A stretch of DNA of 50,164 nucleotides, from positions 1 through 50,164 of IMG/VR virus record IMGVR_UViG_3300027516_000001; one strand, 5' to 3'. Below, piece after piece: positions 27,617 through 37,338 of this stretch. The stretch comes from a virus. Its lineage: Duplodnaviria; Caudoviricetes. The notes beneath the pieces were generated by a model. That model saw only the letters and a program-made list of their open reading frames with translations. It did not search any database and had not been told where the DNA came from. The first letter of the stretch is position 1, and every line of letters starts with the position of its first letter. Made by a program: the position numbers and the translations under genes.

Positions 27617-27824
27617 GAATCTTATCTTTTATATCTCTAAGCCAAAAGAGTTGTTTTACAGATACTTCACTAGCGTGAAGCATTTTGAGAAGAAAGTTAA
27701 ACTCAGATTCCGTGAACTTTCTCGGATCTGGTTTAGCCGCTGTGATGATTTGGAGAATCTGATTCTTTTCACGAAATCTCTCATCATCGTTGAGTGTGCA
27801 TTCTGAAAGATCATGATACGTCAT
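27609..27824 (-). CDS. Hypothetical protein
   Basis: E..FL......S.KQL.WL..I motif; coupled ORF. Confidence 0.6.
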   Translation of the reverse strand: MTYHDLSECTLNDDERFREKNQILQIITAAKPDPRKFTESEFNFLLKMLHASEVSVKQLFWLRDIKDKILG

Positions 27825-28024
27825 AGATACTTCTCCTGAAGAAATAGAAGCTTTTCAAAATCATTACCTTTTATTTCATGATACTTTGTTCGGCTTATAG
27901 AGAGGAGGAAGCGTATATCTCTGGCGCTTATGTTCCTTCTCTTTCTTGGAGAAGCTAATACGACAGAAAATTCTAATAGGATTATGAACGTTTTTGCTGC
28001 TCTTTCGCTTGGCGTCATTTTCAT
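27821..28024 (-). CDS. Hypothetical protein
   Basis: ATGA-coupled both sides. Confidence 0.5.
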   Translation of the reverse strand: MKMTPSERAAKTFIILLEFSVVLASPRKRRNISARDIRFLLSISRTKYHEIKGNDFEKLLFLQEKYL

Positions 28025-28191
28025 TCTCCCTCGAAAATTTCAACTCTGTCAAAATTCTTGAACTCTTTCTTATGCTCCTCACACGTATCCACAAACTCAA
28101 AAGGGTGGTCATGACCATACTGAAGACGATAAATCGCTTCTTTCTCACAACGCACCCCCTTCGAGTTAATGAACGTACATTGCCATCTCAT
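28021..28191 (-). CDS. 56-aa C-C-C-H zinc-finger protein (not in ORF track)
   Basis: Hand translation MRWQCTFINSKGVRCEKEAIYRLQYGHDHPFEFVDTCEEHKKEFKNFDRVEIFEGE; ATGA overlaps at both ends. Confidence 0.7.
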   Translation of the reverse strand: MRWQCTFINSKGVRCEKEAIYRLQYGHDHPFEFVDTCEEHKKEFKNFDRVEIFEGE

Positions 28192-28694
28192 TTTGAGGAG
28201 ATGAGATTTGTTGAGTGTTTATCGCTACAATCAGGAACAGCGCAGCGGAATTGCCTAATTTCATTCCTCTGTCTTCCCTGATACTCAGTTATCGCAAGTT
28301 CACACTCAAGAGTTTTATTCACCAAAGGTCCGAGATACTTCCACTGAGATGGATCATCTGGAAACTTATCAGCATTCTCAAATACACCTGGAATGGTGTA
28401 AGATGCAGCTTCAGTTCCTTGATTTCCATCCTGAATCTCTTCCATTCGCAATCCCATAGCGTGAACGAAATCATTCAAAATCCATCCAGCTTTGGAATTC
28501 ATATTGGCAAATACCTTGCGTCCATCATATTCGCCAGAGCCTACAATTGAGAACTCAGGTTGCAAGCTCACAGAGTCTTTCTGTTCTCCTGCAATCTTTG
28601 GTTTGAAGTGTTTAAACTGAAGGACATACCACCCTGGAGGTACAGGAGGTTTTCCTTGTAAATCCTCACGGTTGAAATTCATTTTGAACGGCAT
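28188..28694 (-). CDS. DUF669-like single-stranded DNA-binding protein
   Basis: PVPPGWY...F.IV..GEYDGRKVF...EYQGRQRNEIRQF; next to AAA_24 ATPase; RBS AAGGAG. Confidence 0.75.
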   Translation of the reverse strand: MPFKMNFNREDLQGKPPVPPGWYVLQFKHFKPKIAGEQKDSVSLQPEFSIVGSGEYDGRKVFANMNSKAGWILNDFVHAMGLRMEEIQDGNQGTEAASYTIPGVFENADKFPDDPSQWKYLGPLVNKTLECELAITEYQGRQRNEIRQFRCAVPDCSDKHSTNLISSK

Positions 28695-28718
28695 TTCAAA
28701 GCTCCTTTCTGAGCGAGG

Positions 28719-28925
28719 TTAGATTTCCTCAACTTTCGCTAACTCACCTTTCTTAATGATCCAAAAGATTCTCTCAATTGGAATCATCGCGATCTCATCA
28801 TCTTGATCATCGCTAAAGGTAAGGATTCCTTCGCTTACATTGATCTCTTCAACTCCACGAAGGATAATATTCATACCATCCGTGGTTCTTACTTGAAGAT
28901 CGGGGACACTTCTTTCATCATCCAT
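28719..28925 (-). CDS. Hypothetical protein
   Basis: Coupled ORF with RBS. Confidence 0.55.
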   Translation of the reverse strand: MDDERSVPDLQVRTTDGMNIILRGVEEINVSEGILTFSDDQDDEIAMIPIERIFWIIKKGELAKVEEI

Positions 28926-29721
28926 TCTTCACTGCTCCTTTCATTGCTGCTCTCTTTGTTTCATGCTTCTTAATCATATCGAGAATATTTGGCATCTCGA
29001 TAGGATCAAGTTCTAACGTAGTATTCCAATTCCCTGAAGAATTAGGGCGACATTCGCAAATGTATTTCTGAACCTCATTTACTTTGATATGGTAAACTTC
29101 ATTGAAAAGAGAGAGGCAAGTATTGAGATACTGAGGGTCAGTAACAAGCTGCCCAGTATAAGCAGCCTCTTCCTTAGTTGACTCGGCATAATCCTTCTCG
29201 TTCTTTTCATGAAACACAAAAATAATATCAACCCCGAGTGAGCTATATTCAGCGATAAGATAGTTAATATAACGTTGTATACCGTTGATGGTATCCCATC
29301 CTTTACGAACTTTAACAGTAGTAGAATTGCCAACTTTAATTTCACGGTAAAAATCCTTTCCACCTTGTCTAAAGATTTCATCTTCCATCGCGCGATTCAT
29401 AAATGTAACAGAGTCGTGAACTATCGTTTCTGGAAGAGGAAGCTTTTTGATCTTATTCGCTTTCATTATAGATAAGTCTGTTTCTACATCTAGCATAGAT
29501 GGTTTGCTTTTAACAAATAATCCTGATTTTCCAGCGAGAGATTCTGGTCTATCATCGTGATCATAATATAACATGGGAGTTCGCGCTGTCGTTGCGAGAG
29601 TGGATTTTCCACTCTTAGGCTTACCTACAATCCCAATCTTCAATCTCTCTGTAGAAGATAAATCCTCAGATTTAACTCCTGTCATTCCTGCGAATGGATT
29701 TCCCTGAGCGGTAGAACTCAT
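28918..29721 (-). CDS. AAA_24/Sak4-like P-loop ATPase (recombination)
   Basis: GKPKSGKST Walker A; TIVHDSVT Walker B; IIFVFHEK; adjacent SSB and nuclease. Confidence 0.8.
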   Translation of the reverse strand: MSSTAQGNPFAGMTGVKSEDLSSTERLKIGIVGKPKSGKSTLATTARTPMLYYDHDDRPESLAGKSGLFVKSKPSMLDVETDLSIMKANKIKKLPLPETIVHDSVTFMNRAMEDEIFRQGGKDFYREIKVGNSTTVKVRKGWDTINGIQRYINYLIAEYSSLGVDIIFVFHEKNEKDYAESTKEEAAYTGQLVTDPQYLNTCLSLFNEVYHIKVNEVQKYICECRPNSSGNWNTTLELDPIEMPNILDMIKKHETKRAAMKGAVKNG

Positions 29722-29733
29722 AGCTTGCTCTCC

Positions 29734-30078
29734 TTACGGGTGATTTACTTCTGAAACGTAAGTCTTCTGTGTAAATCCTTTGTTCTTTGAATCCTTAGTT
29801 CCTGCTGTCCAAAATCCATTGATATCGTCAGAGCATGTCGCGCTATTTAGCGTTTGGTCATTTCTTTGATTCCCTGACGGTGTGAAGAGAGACGAATCTG
29901 TTGCTTTCAGAATGTTAAAGTGTACATGGCACACTTGATAATTCTGATAGTTTGCTGGTAAACCAGTATCATTTACAGCCCACTCTACTGGTCTAGGACA
30001 TTGCACCGAATTCGGGAGAAGGTAAGAGCAAACACCCGGAATGTTCGATGCTGTAAGCAACGTGTAAGTTCTAGCCAT
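29734..30078 (-). CDS. C-C-C-H zinc-finger protein
   Basis: CSYLLPNSVQC...YQVCHVH; RBS AAGGAGG. Confidence 0.65.
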   Translation of the reverse strand: MARTYTLLTASNIPGVCSYLLPNSVQCPRPVEWAVNDTGLPANYQNYQVCHVHFNILKATDSSLFTPSGNQRNDQTLNSATCSDDINGFWTAGTKDSKNKGFTQKTYVSEVNHP

Positions 30079-30101
30079 CTTACCTCCTTGTGTTTTTTCC
30101 C

Positions 30102-30662
30102 TTACTTCTTTTCTTGGTGATGGAAGAAACCACCTTGGTCTTTTTGAGGGGGAGAACTTTGCTGTTGCTGCTGCGCTGCTTCAACTTGTTGCTTTTTTGT
30201 ATCAACAGTTGTTTTCAGCTGTTCTGCCTCCTCTTTTGTTTCATATTGTACAGGATGTACACTCTCCTGTTCTGCTTGAGTTTGATCCGCAGGTGCAGCT
30301 TCAAAACCTTGAGGCGTGGCTGGAATTCCTGTTGTATTTTCAATTGTCATCTCTTTCATAGGAGTATTGATCTGCTCCTCTGTAAGAGCACCTGCATCAA
30401 TCGCTTTCTGAATACGTGTGTGACGTTCACAGAATTGATACGTTCTTCTTTCAGCCTGCGCTCCTTGCGTCTTCGCATCTTTCACGCTTGGAACCAAATA
30501 CTCTGTTACTTCTTCTTCTCCAGCTTTCCAGCATTGTAGACGATTTGGCAGAATGTACGCACATCTGTCAATTCTATCTCCTACAACGAGAGGGCGAAAT
30601 TCTTTCTTATTTTGCGCTGGAGCCTTCGGCGCTTGCTGTTCTTCAGGCTTGGTGATTGCCAT
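30102..30662 (-). CDS. C-C-C-H zinc-finger protein with Q/E-rich disordered tail (paralog of 29734)
   Basis: CAYILPNRLQC...YQFCERH; RBS AAGGAG. Confidence 0.65.
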   Translation of the reverse strand: MAITKPEEQQAPKAPAQNKKEFRPLVVGDRIDRCAYILPNRLQCWKAGEEEVTEYLVPSVKDAKTQGAQAERRTYQFCERHTRIQKAIDAGALTEEQINTPMKEMTIENTTGIPATPQGFEAAPADQTQAEQESVHPVQYETKEEAEQLKTTVDTKKQQVEAAQQQQQSSPPQKDQGGFFHHQEKK

Positions 30663-30715
30663 GTTACTAACTCCTTTTTCTTATTGTTGAAAGTTCGTTT
30701 ATCTTACGGCACTGC

Positions 30716-31795
30716 TTACACTCCATTCAAGGATATGTTTTCAGTGTCCCATATTGCCAGCCGAACAAATCCATTGTTTAACGTTGCCTGCTCCCCAGAC
30801 AGATCGCTCTGTCGGTGTACGTCAAAGTAAGCGCACTTTCCGTGGAACCAGTTTGTACAATGAGATGTATCTCTAGCTACTGGCATTCCATCACTAAATC
30901 GCGCGAGATCCTTAAGTAGGTTCTCACAATCCACAATCATTCGATTCTCATACATCGCGAGTTGTTCATCAGTTTTCCAAATGCACAATCTTCTAAAGCG
31001 ATCCATTGTGTCCTTCACTGGAGGATTCTTCGCGATCATATTAATGAGAATTCGATGACAATCTCGCTTCATGATATATTCTTCAGGTACATACTTTGGA
31101 AGAATCTTCTTGAGCGCATAGATATAACCTGTTGGTCCTTCATCAATAATATATCTATCAAGAGGATCATTCTTGAAAGTACCCGTAGTCTTATGATCCA
31201 TAGGCATGATAAAGAATCCATCATCCACAATCACATCCATTCTTCCCGCTAAGCATATGATAATATGCTCATTCTCATATAGAACAATCTCTCTATTCTT
31301 GCCAAAGGCAATCTCTGTTCCAAGGATGCGAAGCTTCTCATTCTCCGCTTTAAACCTATGCGCGTATTGGAGGAGAATTCCAACAAATCCTTTATATCCT
31401 CCAATTTGATGATACTCTGGATGCTGCGCATAAAGCCCATCTATGTTCATTTTATCCCAATGAATCCAAGATCTTGTGCTCCATTCTACTACGTCAAATT
31501 TCTCATTTCTAAATTCTTTATAATACGATTCCATCATTTTATGAAATACTAATCCAAAATCTAAATACCATCTTCTAAGATTCGGAACTCCATATCCTGG
31601 CTTAGGATGGTATCCTTCTACGTGCATTTTTACAAAAGCATCTGCGCAAGTTCTATGCGTAGAAAGCAGATGGTTATCTACCACAAGTATGAATTTCCCA
31701 GCTTCGCTATCAAAGCGTAACCAAGGCAACTCATACTTCTCAAGAAGTCGATGCAATCCATCAACCTCATAGGACGTAATCAAATCAATGAACAT
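30716..31795 (-). CDS. PD-(D/E)XK Cas4/RecB-like exonuclease
   Basis: L.FG..FH..ME; E....GRMDVIV....DHKT; C-terminal C......C.Y...H. Confidence 0.85.
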   Translation of the reverse strand: MFIDLITSYEVDGLHRLLEKYELPWLRFDSEAGKFILVVDNHLLSTHRTCADAFVKMHVEGYHPKPGYGVPNLRRWYLDFGLVFHKMMESYYKEFRNEKFDVVEWSTRSWIHWDKMNIDGLYAQHPEYHQIGGYKGFVGILLQYAHRFKAENEKLRILGTEIAFGKNREIVLYENEHIIICLAGRMDVIVDDGFFIMPMDHKTTGTFKNDPLDRYIIDEGPTGYIYALKKILPKYVPEEYIMKRDCHRILINMIAKNPPVKDTMDRFRRLCIWKTDEQLAMYENRMIVDCENLLKDLARFSDGMPVARDTSHCTNWFHGKCAYFDVHRQSDLSGEQATLNNGFVRLAIWDTENISLNGV

Positions 31796-31801
31796 ATTCT
31801 T

Positions 31802-32386
31802 TCATTTCCTCCCCATCAATTTCATTAAAGCAGCCAGCGCATCTTCTGGTTTCATATTCCCCAAAATTGTCGCTACCTTTTTCTGATTTCTTTCAATCGT
31901 AGTCTGCGTAACATTCGCAGTATCTGTTTTTGTTTCTGTTGTGGTTGAAATTGTTCCAAGCTTGATGTTCTGAGCCTTGAATTTCTTAATCTTTCTCTCT
32001 TCACGCTCAAGAATCATTGAAATTACTTGTTCTTTGTAACATTCAATCTTGAGTTCCAACTCAGCATCACTCATTGTTGCGTTTCGACGCTGCATGAAAA
32101 GATAATCAAGGCCATTAATCTTTAAAATCGTAGCTCTCCTTCTAACTACGCGTTCTTTCTCAGCAACGAGATCGTAATCAACTCTCTTATATACCTCTTC
32201 GCCTTTTAGAAGAGTTAAATCAGAGAGACAATCTACGCAATACTCATTCCCATCAATCAAAGACGCAAAATGTATACAGTAAAGAGCACTGCATCTTATG
32301 CATTTCTTGATTCCTACAGATTTGAGAAGATTATCGTTTGTACAGACTTCGCAGGTTTTTGGAAGAGATGTTTCATTCTCAGGCAC
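31802..32386 (-). CDS. Zinc-finger (AN1/B-box-like) plus coiled-coil protein
   Basis: CEVC...CIRC...YCIH...YCVDC; RBS AAGGAGG. Confidence 0.6.
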   Translation of the reverse strand: MPENETSLPKTCEVCTNDNLLKSVGIKKCIRCSALYCIHFASLIDGNEYCVDCLSDLTLLKGEEVYKRVDYDLVAEKERVVRRRATILKINGLDYLFMQRRNATMSDAELELKIECYKEQVISMILEREERKIKKFKAQNIKLGTISTTTETKTDTANVTQTTIERNQKKVATILGNMKPEDALAALMKLMGRK

Positions 32387-32400
32387 TAAATGCCTCCTTT

Positions 32401-32616
32401 CTAAAACTGTGTTTCATGCATATTCTGTTGCGTCCTCATTACCTCCTCAATTACCTTTGAATGCATTTGAGGAAGATTTCCATTGAAATATTCACGAAGC
32501 AAGGCACGAATGAGAATCGAGGCAGAAACCATCTTCGGAAGTGTCTTAAGAACACTTAATTGATCATTCTCAAGACGTATTGATGTTATTGCGGTCTTAT
32601 TGTTCTTTCTTGCCAT
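32401..32616 (-). CDS. Putative ribbon-helix-helix regulator
   Basis: TSIRL...QL..L.......S.LIR.LLREY. Confidence 0.65.
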   Translation of the reverse strand: MARKNNKTAITSIRLENDQLSVLKTLPKMVSASILIRALLREYFNGNLPQMHSKVIEEVMRTQQNMHETQF

Positions 32617-32997
32617 TTACTTCCTCCTTTGCACTTTTCTTTTCATATATGTGAATTGCAGTTGTTTTAGTGTTTCTTCTTTATTAAATATTTGTTTCTG
32701 TCGTTTTTTTCGCGGCTTTCTTCCTCTTAAATCTCCATGTTCAAAACGATCCAATGAGTTATCTTTTGCTGTGCCTGCGTAAAGATGTTCAATATTTACA
32801 CAAGTCGGATTATCGCAATGATGGCAAACAAATAGTTCCTTTTTGAATTCATCTGGTCTGAAAAACATAAATAATAATCTGTGAACTTTCCAATTCTTAC
32901 CTTGCCAAAATATGGTACCATAACCTTCTTTATCTTTTACACCATCCCATAGGATGCATGGTGTATTACTCTCTAAGAATTTATTGTAATCTCTCAT
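32617..32997 (-). CDS. HNH endonuclease (HNH_3 type)
   Basis: CILWDG....GYG.....KVHR...VCHHCDNPTCVNIEHL..GT..DN; start moved to ATG 32997, downstream of the promoter. Confidence 0.9.
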   Translation of the reverse strand: MRDYNKFLESNTPCILWDGVKDKEGYGTIFWQGKNWKVHRLLFMFFRPDEFKKELFVCHHCDNPTCVNIEHLYAGTAKDNSLDRFEHGDLRGRKPRKKRQKQIFNKEETLKQLQFTYMKRKVQRRK

Positions 32998-33040
32998 TTT
33001 GTTGTAACTCTTTACGGGGGTAGCACCCCCATTCGGAGAT

Positions 33041-33068
33041 ATTATCCCTGCCGAGGTGCGCTTGTCAA
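33041..33068 (-). promoter_or_regulatory. Sigma70-type promoter
   Basis: TTGACA-16 nt-GATAAT on the minus strand. Confidence 0.55.
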
Positions 33069-33132
33069 GGGGTTTATGTGCTTTAAAATGAAGGGGATGC
33101 AGGTTTTCCACACCCCCCGTCGAAAAGCTGGC

Positions 33133-33366
33133 CTAGAAGTTCTTTTCTTTTTCTTTGTTCTTATTAGCCTTAGGAATAAAATCCTTCCAAACAGCAGTTT
33201 GTCTCTCTTGCACGTCACAACATTTTGTACAAAAGAAGACAGTAAATACCAGAGTATCTGGACCTTGTATCTTACGATAAGTATCCAGAGTCTGATAAGC
33301 ATGTCCTTCACGTTCGCATGAAGTTTTTGTTAGTTTAGGAGAAGACATATGTCCTCCGTATTTCAT
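33133..33366 (-). CDS. Small Cys/His protein
   Basis: C....H...C..C. Confidence 0.5.
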   Translation of the reverse strand: MKYGGHMSSPKLTKTSCEREGHAYQTLDTYRKIQGPDTLVFTVFFCTKCCDVQERQTAVWKDFIPKANKNKEKEKNF

Positions 33367-34522
33367 TATGCTGCGATGTTACAAGAGCAATATCCTGCGT
33401 ACTGACATACGCAGAATGTGCTCTCTTTAGAACATCTGAGCCTGCAATTTTGTAGAGATAATCTCCTTTTCCTAACAAACATTCAGCTCCATTTTCATCC
33501 AATACTACTCTTGAGTCAGCCATTGTTGGTAATTTGAAGCAAATTCGCGCAGGAAAGTTAGCTTTCAAATCACCACTCAAAACTCTCACAGAAGGTCTTT
33601 GTGTGGCAATAATGAGATGTATTCCTGCTGCGCGAGAAATAGCAGCAATTTGTTTCGTTAGCATCTCTATACTTGTAGGACGATCCTTCTTTGGAGTTCC
33701 CGCCCAAAGTATCTCATCTTGTTGGATAATATCCGCAAACTCATCCATGATGATTACTTTGTACTTGAGTTTCTGTCCCATTCCAAGGTTATTCCACTCA
33801 GCTATATTGCGAGCATAACCGCTCATTAACTGAGTTCTCCTTCGTACTTCAGCGAGAGCACTTTCGAGAGATGCACGCAAATCCTCAACTTCGCGGATAA
33901 CTGAAGAAACGTGCTCTAGATCCTCAAAGAATACTAGATCAAGTTGCTTTGTATCCACTAGCGTAAAGCTAAGCTCTTTTGGAGATTTGAATAGAGCCAA
34001 GCTCGCTATAAATTGCGAAGTTGCGACTGATTTTCCTGAGCCAGTTGTACCTGCCATGAGCAAGTGAGGTTGAGTAGCAAGATCAGCGTACAGATAATCT
34101 CCTCTAGTATTCTGTCCCATAAGTAGGGGCAACTGCATATCTCTAACTTGAGGAGATGTAAGTAATTCATGCAAGCAAGAATCAAATCGTATGGTGATAC
34201 GATCTTCTCTCGGTACTTCAATTGCAACGAGTCCAGCATTTCGCTCGATTCTAACGCTCTCTACATTAAGCGTTCCAGCGAGTTCCTCTTCTTTATTCAA
34301 TATCTTACTGAATAAGGAACCCTCTGATGGTTTAAAGAAAAAGGTCCGAAGAATCGGACCTTCCTCAAGTTTCTCAAAGAATGCAGCGAATCCTAAAATA
34401 AGCATCTTGTGAGATAGCTTACCTATTTGTTGCTGCACCTCAATCGGCAGAGTATCTGCTTTCGAATTCAGATTCATCGGCATCTTTGTGGTTTCCTTTG
34501 CAGGGTAAGGTTCGTGGATCAT
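33335..34522 (-). CDS. ftsK: FtsK/SpoIIIE-like DNA translocase ATPase (no membrane domain seen)
   Basis: PHLLMAGTTGSGKS, VIIMDEFAD, RAAGIHLIIATQRPS, KANFPARI, GAECLLGKGD. Confidence 0.93.
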   Translation of the reverse strand: MIHEPYPAKETTKMPMNLNSKADTLPIEVQQQIGKLSHKMLILGFAAFFEKLEEGPILRTFFFKPSEGSLFSKILNKEEELAGTLNVESVRIERNAGLVAIEVPREDRITIRFDSCLHELLTSPQVRDMQLPLLMGQNTRGDYLYADLATQPHLLMAGTTGSGKSVATSQFIASLALFKSPKELSFTLVDTKQLDLVFFEDLEHVSSVIREVEDLRASLESALAEVRRRTQLMSGYARNIAEWNNLGMGQKLKYKVIIMDEFADIIQQDEILWAGTPKKDRPTSIEMLTKQIAAISRAAGIHLIIATQRPSVRVLSGDLKANFPARICFKLPTMADSRVVLDENGAECLLGKGDYLYKIAGSDVLKRAHSAYVSTQDIALVTSQHNEIRRTYVFS

Positions 34523-34673
34523 CTCTCACATAAATTCCTGAGCGATGGGACTTTTGGCAATAGCAGCAAACTTCTTGCTGTCTGTAATTCTCGTGAAAAG
34601 AAAATGCTGGACGATCAGGTTCTTTCTTTTTCCAGCAATCCTCACAAATTGAGTGAGTCCAAGGACTACTCAT
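34440..34673 (-). CDS. Small zinc-finger protein
   Basis: ICEDCW...CCYC; likely start MSSPW. Confidence 0.5.
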   Translation of the reverse strand: MSSPWTHSICEDCWKKKEPDRPAFSFHENYRQQEVCCYCQKSHRSGIYVRDDPRTLPCKGNHKDADESEFESRYSAD

Positions 34674-34747
34674 TCTCAACCTCCTCCATTCAAGCTTAAA
34701 GCCTGAGCTTGGTTCCCTACAACTACGGGACATCTTACGCTTACTCC

Positions 34748-35509
34748 TTAATTGTGTTTTCCTGCTTCCAATTCTGCTCTAAATGTTGGAGACATAAGCA
34801 TCTTGCGAAATGTAGGCGCAAGATACTTAAACGCCTTGGCAAAGTTAACTTTGGCAGGATCGAAGTGAAGGAAGATTCCTCCAGTGCGTTCGCTGAGATA
34901 TTTGAGCAATCCAATCTCATTCTCAGAGTAGCTCCCACCAAAGAACACAGTGTCAATTGGAATCTTCTTCTCAATTGCTTGAGAGATGATTACATCTGCA
35001 TTCTCTTTGTAAACATCAAGCGTAGATTTGGTATAATCACGCGAACCGACATTTACAATCCTATCCGTAGGAGAACCATCTGTGAACGCAACCATTCGCG
35101 TTGTTAGAGGCATATTTACAACCTCATTCAACTTTGTGAATAGTGGCGTGCCTCCAAGGTGAAGCTTAATCACAGTTAACGCTTGCGACTGCGCAGGAAG
35201 ATCAGCGGAGAGATTTTCAAGCGAAGCTGACTCTTCTGTGTTAGTACACAGAAAGTGAATGCTCACAGCAACTTGATTCTGAGGACAATTCCTCATATAC
35301 TCTGTAACGCCTTGTTTCGCGTTATCTATTTGATGACTCATAGAGCCTGAATCATCAAAGATTACGCGAGTTCTATCTTTCGTTTCCTCAGGCTTTACAT
35401 AGCGCATTATGGCGCCATCTTCTGCCTTTGGGCTTGCAGCTTTCGCTTTCGCTTGCGCTAGAGCTGCCTTCTTATCCAAGTTTGGGTCTTTCTTTACAAT
35501 GAACGTCAT
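34748..35509 (-). CDS. von Willebrand factor A (vWA) domain protein
   Basis: MIDAS DDSGSM, GGTPL, VAFTDG, IPIDTVFFG, LSERTGG.F. Confidence 0.9.
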   Translation of the reverse strand: MTFIVKKDPNLDKKAALAQAKAKAASPKAEDGAIMRYVKPEETKDRTRVIFDDSGSMSHQIDNAKQGVTEYMRNCPQNQVAVSIHFLCTNTEESASLENLSADLPAQSQALTVIKLHLGGTPLFTKLNEVVNMPLTTRMVAFTDGSPTDRIVNVGSRDYTKSTLDVYKENADVIISQAIEKKIPIDTVFFGGSYSENEIGLLKYLSERTGGIFLHFDPAKVNFAKAFKYLAPTFRKMLMSPTFRAELEAGKHN

Positions 35510-35514
35510 TTACT

Positions 35515-35760
35515 TCATTCTCCAGCTTTTAGCTTTTCAGCTAAAATCTTTGCATTCTCAGGACTCATCCCTATTATTATCCTTTGAATGTTTGAAATGT
35601 TTGTTTCTTCAATTCTTTGCTCTCTTAGCTTACGCTCTAGTAGCGCGCGCAAGAATTGAATTACAAGATTCTGAGGATCATTCTTCTCAAGATGAGCTAT
35701 ATCTTGCTTTAGCTCATCTACTGTGGCTTTGTCCGTTCTTCTTTTTATTGTCAACTTCAT
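35515..35760 (-). CDS. Hypothetical coiled-coil protein
   Basis: RBS GAGGAG. Confidence 0.55.
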   Translation of the reverse strand: MKLTIKRRTDKATVDELKQDIAHLEKNDPQNLVIQFLRALLERKLREQRIEETNISNIQRIIIGMSPENAKILAEKLKAGE

Positions 35761-35905
35761 TCTCCTCTTCGAGATTGTGAATTAAAAACGTAGTTCGGGA
35801 CTCAAATCTTTCTAGAGTCCCGAGAACGATATCGATTCGACGCATCAAATATGATACGCCTACAGCTTTCGCAATAGCGAGAGTTCTCTCTTTAGTGCTA
35901 GGCAC
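35714..35905 (-). CDS. Hypothetical protein
   Basis: Coupled ORF. Confidence 0.4.
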   Translation of the reverse strand: MPSTKERTLAIAKAVGVSYLMRRIDIVLGTLERFESRTTFLIHNLEEENEVDNKKKNGQSHSR

Positions 35906-36440
35906 TAAACACCCCCCAATACATATTGAGTTCGCTCATGGCTTTACCATCTCCGCCATTCCTATCAGGATGCAATCTGAGAGCAGCCTGACGATAACTC
36001 TTTTTATCTATTACTCCAATCTCTTTGAGCTTACGCTCTGCAAATTCTTTCGTTATATCTTGAGTTGTGGGTACAGCCCTATTGTAAAAGAATTGCGATG
36101 GATCAATCTTCTTAGCCTTATGAAGGCTTATTTGCCCAATTGAAGATTCTAAATCTTCAATTTCATAAAATCCTATGGAGATATGAAGTTCATTAAAGAA
36201 CTTCTGTATAGTCTCCATGAGATGCATTCCAGCATCTCCGAGATAAGACCATACATGAGTCTTATCATTATAATTTCTCGCTTCTACAGGAGGAGTCTTA
36301 AACAATCTCGTCATCAACTCCATATGAAGCTTGTCAATTCTCCAATTAATGCCATTGCCATGTTCATAACTAGAACAAAGCACATCTGTCGCGAGGACTT
36401 GTCCTTCAGAGTCCTTATGATGCTCAAAGAACACATACAT
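35898..36440 (-). CDS. Protein with C-terminal J-domain (DnaJ)
   Basis: KKSYRQAALRLHPDRNGGDGKAMSELN with intact HPD. Confidence 0.85.
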   Translation of the reverse strand: MYVFFEHHKDSEGQVLATDVLCSSYEHGNGINWRIDKLHMELMTRLFKTPPVEARNYNDKTHVWSYLGDAGMHLMETIQKFFNELHISIGFYEIEDLESSIGQISLHKAKKIDPSQFFYNRAVPTTQDITKEFAERKLKEIGVIDKKSYRQAALRLHPDRNGGDGKAMSELNMYWGVFSA

Positions 36441-36513
36441 TGGATATTTCCTTCCCCTCCCATCGGGAGCATTTGAAGGAGCTTACTACGTGCTCACTTT
36501 CAATTGAAAAATA

Positions 36514-36541
36514 GGGAGTAGGCTATGCCTAACCTACTCCC
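36514..36541 (-). terminator. Rho-independent terminator
   Basis: GGGAGTAGG/CCTACTCCC stem; TATTTTT follows on the minus strand. Confidence 0.65.
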
Positions 36542-36558
36542 AAACATGGAGGACTACC

Positions 36559-37140
36559 TTACTGAGTTACCTCTTCAGAGGTATCTTCAGTAAGCTGAGC
36601 AGCAGCACTGAAACGCTTCTGCAACTCTGCAAACATAAGAGACATCTGATCTGGAGATAGACCCATTTGCTTCACCAAACGCTCCAGCTTCTGCTGATCT
36701 GTCAAAGCTCTCTTTGATGGAGGCTCATTGATTGCTTCACGAAGATCAATTGTTTGATCGTTATACGCTGGATTATTCTCATTTCCAGCGCCTTCTTGAC
36801 GCTCTGCCATGTACCCATTGGCTTTTGAGTTTTGTAGATAGTTCAAGCCAGCTTGAACGATATACAATCTCTGAGTCTCATCGGTAATGAGCAGCTTGAA
36901 ACCTTCGTCAGAATTCACAGTGTACTTAATGAATTCGACGGTATTGAGAAGAGTGTATCCACCCTTTTCAAGTTTTTCCCAAGCTGCATTCTTAGCAGAT
37001 TCCTGCTTTGCTTGGAAATCAGTGATTATGCCTTTGTCATCCAACTTAGCATAACCGCGATAGGTGACTTTCTCTTGAGAGAGAGCACCCGAGCTATCCT
37101 GCCCATTGGCAGGAGTGGGATTTGCGATCGTTGTACCCAT
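36559..37140 (-). CDS. Hypothetical protein with own terminator and upstream hairpin
   Basis: 193-aa ORF; RBS GAGG. Confidence 0.7.
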   Translation of the reverse strand: MGTTIANPTPANGQDSSGALSQEKVTYRGYAKLDDKGIITDFQAKQESAKNAAWEKLEKGGYTLLNTVEFIKYTVNSDEGFKLLITDETQRLYIVQAGLNYLQNSKANGYMAERQEGAGNENNPAYNDQTIDLREAINEPPSKRALTDQQKLERLVKQMGLSPDQMSLMFAELQKRFSAAAQLTEDTSEEVTQ

Positions 37141-37338
37141 TTCGTAACCTCATTTGATTTTATTCTCAGTTCTAGCTGAGAACTAGAGCAATGCGCTCTG
37201 TAGGAGGGAGAGCTTAGAGTGAGAATTCTCTAGCGTTCTCAGTACGCTAGAGACAAGAAACTCTAGCTCAATCCCTCCTACAGAGAGCATCTTAAAGCTC
37301 TCTGTACACTTCGAAGCACCTGCGTTTGATCACCTCCT

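Noticed and set aside
27876-28148. Listed 90-aa ORF
   Set aside because: The alternative-frame 28021-28191 ORF has ATGA coupling at both ends and a zinc-finger motif.
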